Part shown: positions 40,772 to 64,000 of the stretch, one piece after another | Layout of the letters: each line of letters opens with the position of its first letter | Numbering within the stretch: position 1 is the stretch's first letter | Source of the DNA: Camelus dromedarius | Taxonomy: Eukaryota | NCBI RefSeq assembly: GCF_036321535.1 | Contig: NC_087437.1 | Span: 120,964,001-121,028,000, forward strand | Direction of reading: 5' to 3' | Length of the DNA: 64,000 bases | The notes under the pieces: generated by a model | What the model saw: only the letters and a program-made list of their open reading frames with translations | Told to the model about the DNA's origin: nothing | Database searches by the model: none | Translations under genes and position numbers: made by a program

Positions 40772-41240
40772 TGCGGGGCGCCGTTGGCCCGAGATGCGGG
40801 CGGCCCCGCGGGGCCAGGGCAGCCGTCCTGCGCAGCGGCGCGGGTGACGCGCGGGCGCGGGTACCTCTCGGAGCAGGTACGCGCGCCGGGGATGGAGGAC
40901 GTGCGGCGACGAGGCGGCGGGCGGCGCTGGAGCGGAGGGTGCGCCGGTGGGCAGGGCTGCGGGTCGGGCAGCGGGCACAAGCAGAGCGCAGGCTGGGGGG
41001 CGGGAGCTGGGGCGCGGCTGGGGCTCCGGGGCGAATGCGGGCTCGCGGGTCTGGGTGAGCCGGGGCGCAGAGGGGTGGGCGCGGGCTCGGGTGCCGGGTG
41101 CGGGGGTGCAGCCGGTCTGTGGTGGCGCGGAGCGCAGGGACTCACGCAGCAGGGTGCGGGCATCCGCCGGGCTGCGCCGCGGCGCCGCGACAGGGCTGGG
41201 TGCGGTCTGACCAGAGCGCCGAGCCCGGTCGTGGGGAGCT
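40470..41240. promoter_or_regulatory. CpG island, probable distal TRPM2 promoter with 5' exon ending at donor 40876|GTACGC; probably bidirectional
   Basis: Very CpG-dense block about 3.5 kb upstream of the TRPM2 ATG; outward-facing splice donors on both strands (40876 +, 40425 -). Confidence 0.75.
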
Positions 41241-43132
41241 CAGGGACTTGGCCATTTCAGGCTCTTGCTCTGAACTCCACCTACCCCCCAAGACCTCATG
41301 GCCCGCTTCTGTGGCTGCTACTTCCTTCTCCCCTCACCCGCATGTGGCTATTTATAGTCTGGAAAATGCTTTCACAGCTAGGATTTCAGAGGATGCTGGA
41401 GCCAGAGCAGCTACAGGGTTTAGAGAAGTAGAGAGAGGGGTGCACATCCAGCCGCAGCCAGTGTGCCCAGGCCAGCCCCACACACACAGTCCAGTGTGCC
41501 TGGCCAGCCGGGGCTTCTATCTCCTGGTAAGTCTTCTGGGCTGGGGTGGGCAGGGTACCAGGAGGAGCCCTGTCTTCCTGAGCCCCTCTGGTCCTGATTT
41601 GGAGGTCACTCGTTGCTCCTGCTCATGCCCCTCACTCTGTAGAAGCACCGTCACGGGCCCCTCGAGGATCCTGCTAGGTGATGTTTATAGGTGTGCGTGT
41701 GGTGTGACTTGTGTATTCAGGCCTATGTTGTAGATCCGCCCCCTCACCCCCGGAAGTCACTTACTTTTAGAGTTTTCTCAACACACCCATACTAACTGCT
41801 CGTGGAAAATTTCAGCTGTGAAACGGGGACAAATCTGCTTCTCGATGATTTGTGAAGAGAGCAACTGATGATACGATTTAGGGGAGAAGAACCCTAGGAA
41901 AGGTTGGGTGGGGGACTCTGTAAGCTCATGGTCAGCCCTGGGTTTCTGGACTGTCCCAGGGCCTAGACTGTTGGACAGGGGGACATGGGTGGGGAGGGTT
42001 GGGGAGCTGAGCCCAAGATCGGAGGGGTGCATGGCAGCTGCGACCCCTCCTTTGAAATCATTCTGTCCCACACGCCCTCCCGGGGCAGGGCAGCCCCTGA
42101 TCTCCGAAATGCCTCAGGCTCAGTCTTCTATTGTGTGGACATGGGTCCCGGCTTCTGTTGAGATGACCGGTGCGTTCCCCCAGCTGGATGAAGGGCTCCC
42201 AGCTTCCTGAGATGACCAGCCACCCCTGCATCGTTACCAAGTACGGCCGCCCCCCCATCCTCTCTCCTGCACGAGCTTTCTCACCGCTTTCAGTGTCGAT
42301 AGGCCGCCCAGATCTCTAAATTCTGCATCCTTTTTGATGAACAGTTCCGTCTTTAAGCCCTCTCTCTCTCCCTGCATTGCACTGGGAGCTTTCAGGAGAA
42401 GCCAGTCTGTATGTGCATCTTTGGCTAGCTGTTTCCTCAACCAGATTCCACTTTCGTCATTTACAAGTTCTCTCTTCCACAAAACACCAGTATGCGGAAC
42501 CATTTGGCCACGCTCTTTGCCCCTTTATAACACGACTGTTTTTCCTCCAGTTTCCAATCACACTGTCCTCCTTTCCATCTGAGATTTCAGCAGAATGGCC
42601 TTTAGTCACGTTTCTACCAGCACCCTGCTGGTGACCACTTAGCTCTTCTCTCAGGAGACTCCTGTCTGTCCACGGTCGGGGAGGCTTTTTCCAGGGCCCC
42701 TGCCCACCGGACTCTTCCGGCTCTGCCTCGTGCTCAGCTCCAGAGCTGCCTCCCCTTCTGCGGGTGTTTGTGGCTGCAGCACCCGGTCCTGCTGCCAGCG
42801 CTCTGTGTTATCCTGGCGCTTCATGTGAGGGAGGTTTAGCTCCCTTCCTCTGAGCTGGTGTGGGCATCTGGGGGGACCCTGGCACAGGGGCAAGCGGGGA
42901 GGGAGGAGCCCAGGGGGAGGAGCGAGGGCACAGAGGAGGGGTGGCCTGAGCCCTGAGTGCCAGCGACCAGGTGACTCAACCCCAAGGCCCAGCACTGAAC
43001 TGAGTGGCCCTGAAGAGTGTGGGCCAGGTGGGCCCGGTGGACCCGGTGAGAGCTGGGCGGGCGCCTCCCTTCCCGACGAGTCCCCTGCATCCTCCTGGTG
43101 CGCGGTGACCACGTATTGCAGCTGGACGATGC

Positions 43133-43628
43133 TGTGGGGGCGGGGGTGGGGAACTTCCCCCTCCAGCCCTCTTGGGTTCTGGTGGCTGGACTAATCGTAA
43201 AATTGACACAAGACAGGTTAACAGGAGAAAAACAAGCCTGAATTTGAATTCGTGTGCCTGGAGGCCCCACAGAAGTGAACCCTAAAATGTGGCCAAAGGA
43301 GCAGCTTTATACTTTTTAGACAAAGAAACAGCAGCTGACATTGGGTTTTGCGTGCCCGATGACTGAAGCATCTGAGCGGTCTGGGCTCGGGGCCGCCAAG
43401 GAAAGGCGTCACGAGGGCGGTTTGCCCAGGCTTCTCGGCCTGAATCCCTGTCTCTGGCGACAGGGTGTCCTTCTATGTCCTTACACATGGGGGGTTAGTT
43501 TCCTGCTTTTAGGGAGACGGAGAGGAGGGGCAGGGGTCCCTCTTGTGTCGGCCATTTCTGAAGTAACTTTAAGATATTCAATACGCCTTTGAGTCATGTT
43601 TTGGGGCCAGCTACGCTGGGCCCCAACA
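43133..43628 (-). mobile_element. ERV solo LTR about 0.9 kb upstream of the TRPM2 ATG, antisense
   Basis: Minus strand starts TGTTGGGG and ends CA; TATAAA in AAAAGTATAAAGCTGC at 43306-43311; aattgacacaagacaggttaacaggagaaaaa U5-like block. Confidence 0.7.
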
Positions 43629-44505
43629 GCGGGCAGAGAAAAGACTGTCCGGCAGTCACTGTCACGTGTGGGAAGAGGATGTGGCCAGAAAGGGCTCCAG
43701 GGTGGGGGTGGGGGAGACCTTGTGATCTGCTCTCTGGCCAGGCGGCCCCGTTCACACCCTTGGAGCAGGGGTTGGGGGGCTGCCTCCCTGGATGGTACCT
43801 TTGGTGACATGGGGTGACATCAAGGGCGACGTCACGGGATGTCACCCATGGGCACCCATGGCTCCAGGGAAGGCCTGTGGGGTTTACACGTGTTTGTCTT
43901 CTCCCATTTGTAAACTGCTGCTTCCTGGGGCCCCGGTGATGGAGAGCAGGTCAGAGCCAGAGGGAAGGGCTGGAGAAACGGAGACCTGTTGTGTTTCGAG
44001 GGCCTGTGTCTCAGAGCAGAGAGCCGTGCCCCTCCCCATCTTTTTTGGAAAACAAAATAAGTGAATGAATGTCTGGGCACATGAGGCTTGGACCCCAGAA
44101 TGTGCACCATGTGTGACAACCGGGCAGTCCCCCCCTACCCCGACCCCCTGCCCCATCCTTGGGCTCGTGGGCGTTGCCAGGCATCTGGGAGTGGTGGGGT
44201 GGGGCTGGCGCTCTTTCTCTGGTGCATCACAGTGACTTGAGTTGTCCTGTTATGAATGGCTCCTGGGCCCCTGGGATGTGCCAGTGCCTCGACTGCCCAG
44301 TGCCCGATGGGGACCGAGCTCAGGCAGTCAGGAAATTGTGCAGATGGACACGTGGACGGGCTACCCATGAGGGAACACGTGCCTCATCCCCCCAGCCCCT
44401 TGCAGTGGTCCCCGTGGCCTGCCTCCAGACCTCTCAGCCTCGAAAGCTGGAGAAAAGCCCGTCCAGAGGGAGCGGGAGCTGTGGAGCTGGAGCGGGGCCG
44501 TTGGC

Positions 44506-62775
<18,270 letters not shown>

Positions 62776-62843
62776 GTGAGTGCGGGCGGCAGGGCTCCAG
62801 GCGCCACCGCGTCCTCCCAGCTGTAAAAAGTTTGCTTTTTATT

Positions 62844-62981
62844 AGGGAGGACATAGCTCAGGGGTAGAGCACGTGCCTGGCGTGTGTTACAAGGTCCTGG
62901 GTTCAACCCTCGGTACCTCCATCAAAAAAAGTAAATAAATAAGCCTAATTACCAGGCCCCCTGAAAACTAGAAAGCCAACC
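62844..62981 (+). mobile_element. tRNA-derived SINE (camelid Vic-1-like)
   Basis: gggaggacatagctcaggggtagagc (A box)..ggtcctgggttcaaccc (B box)..aaataaataagcctaattacc; degenerate TSD aaaaagtttgctttttatt/aaaaaattagcttttattt. Confidence 0.85.
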
Positions 62982-63004
62982 AAAAAATTAGCTTTTATTT
63001 TTAT

Positions 63005-64000
63005 GAGGGAAGTCAGCTCGGGCTGCCACGACAAGATGCCACAGACGGGCAGCTTCCACAACAGGCACCTTTGCTCTCACTGCTCTGGAGGCTGCAGGTC
63101 AAGGTCCAGGCGCCGGCAGGGTGGGCTTCTGGGGGCCTCTCCTCCTGGCCGCAGATGACCGCCGCTTCCTGGCACGTCCTCACGTGGCCTGTCCCAGCGT
63201 GCCTGGTGTCACTTCCTTTTCTCATAGGAGCACCCATCCTGTTGGATCAAGGCCCTCCCCACGTGACGACCTCATTTAACCTTAATCGCCTCCTTCAGGG
63301 CCCATCTCCAAATACAGTCACCCCCGGGCTGAAGGCTTCAATAGATGAATTTGGGGGACACAATTCAGACCATAGCCTTCTGCTCCTGACCCCCAAATTC
63401 ATGTCCTTCTCACATGCAAAGCACACTCACTCCATCCCAATAGCCCCCAAATCTTAGCTTGTTCCAGTATCCACTCCAAAGACGCCTCGTAAATCGGGCG
63501 CGGGGGAGACTCGAGGCAGGTGCGCCCCGAGGCAGAGTCCTCGCCTGCTGAGAACCTGGCAGAGACAAGCTATGTGCTTCCAGAACACACTGGATGGACA
63601 GGCCTTGGGTGGAAAGTCCCTTCCGGAAGGAGGAAGGGCTGACAGGCTCTAAGTGAGTCCAAAACCCAGCCAGGAAACTCCCCGAGACTTAAGCCTCGAG
63701 AATCCTCCTCTTTGGCTCAACATTCTGCCTTCTGGGCCCACAGTGCTGGTGGTGTCACCCCCGTGGCCCTTAGGCACCAGGTGGGGGCATCCTGGCCCAA
63801 GGAAGGGACCCCAGCCTCTGCAACTGAGGAGAAGACAGCCTTGCCCAGCCCCTGATGGCCTCTGAGTCACCTGCAGGGTCAGCCCTTCTTTGAAGGACAG
63901 TCCTGTTCTCAGCGGGTGGCTCTGCTGTCCTGTCCTGTAGAATCCCAGAAGCGACACCTTCCTGTGTCCCCTCCCGCTTTCTCCACCCCCTTGGTCCTGA
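63005..64000 (-). mobile_element. MaLR MLT1 LTR (~63005-63376) plus adjoining internal sequence
   Basis: gctcgggctgcc..gacctcatttaaccttaat..gggggacacaattcagaccatagc, then cccccaaattcatgtccttctcacatgcaaa (MLT1-int-like). Confidence 0.75.

Noticed and set aside
62850..62915. tRNA gene (A and B boxes present)
   Set aside because: Has an A-rich tail and TSD, and sister copies occur in the window, so it is a SINE.

Overview
This is a GC-rich mammalian genomic window syntenic to human 21q22.3. tRNA-derived SINEs resembling camelid Vic-1 suggest a camel, alpaca or llama source (inference). Three intact spliced genes were read exon by exon, all with GT-AG junctions. PFKL (+): exons 2-22, CDS 853-19683, exon 1 outside the window. 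CFAP410/C21orf2 (-): complete, 7 exons, CDS 34611-26100. TRPM2 (+): coding exons 1-11, 44506-62775, continuing beyond the window. There are two CpG-island promoters and many LTR, L1, L2, SINE and DNA-transposon remnants. The main unexplained structure is a candidate unannotated, spliced, polyadenylated minus-strand gene (about 40771-38330) running divergently from the TRPM2 CpG island and carrying a 119-237 aa ORF. Other leads are a 7-aa deletion in the TRPM2 deltaN segment, an N179D change in its ADPR pocket, substitutions at PFKL regulatory residues, candidate poison exons in CFAP410 and PFKL, and an LTR promoter in PFKL intron 1. Comparisons with human proteins and repeat family names are from memory and need verification by alignment.
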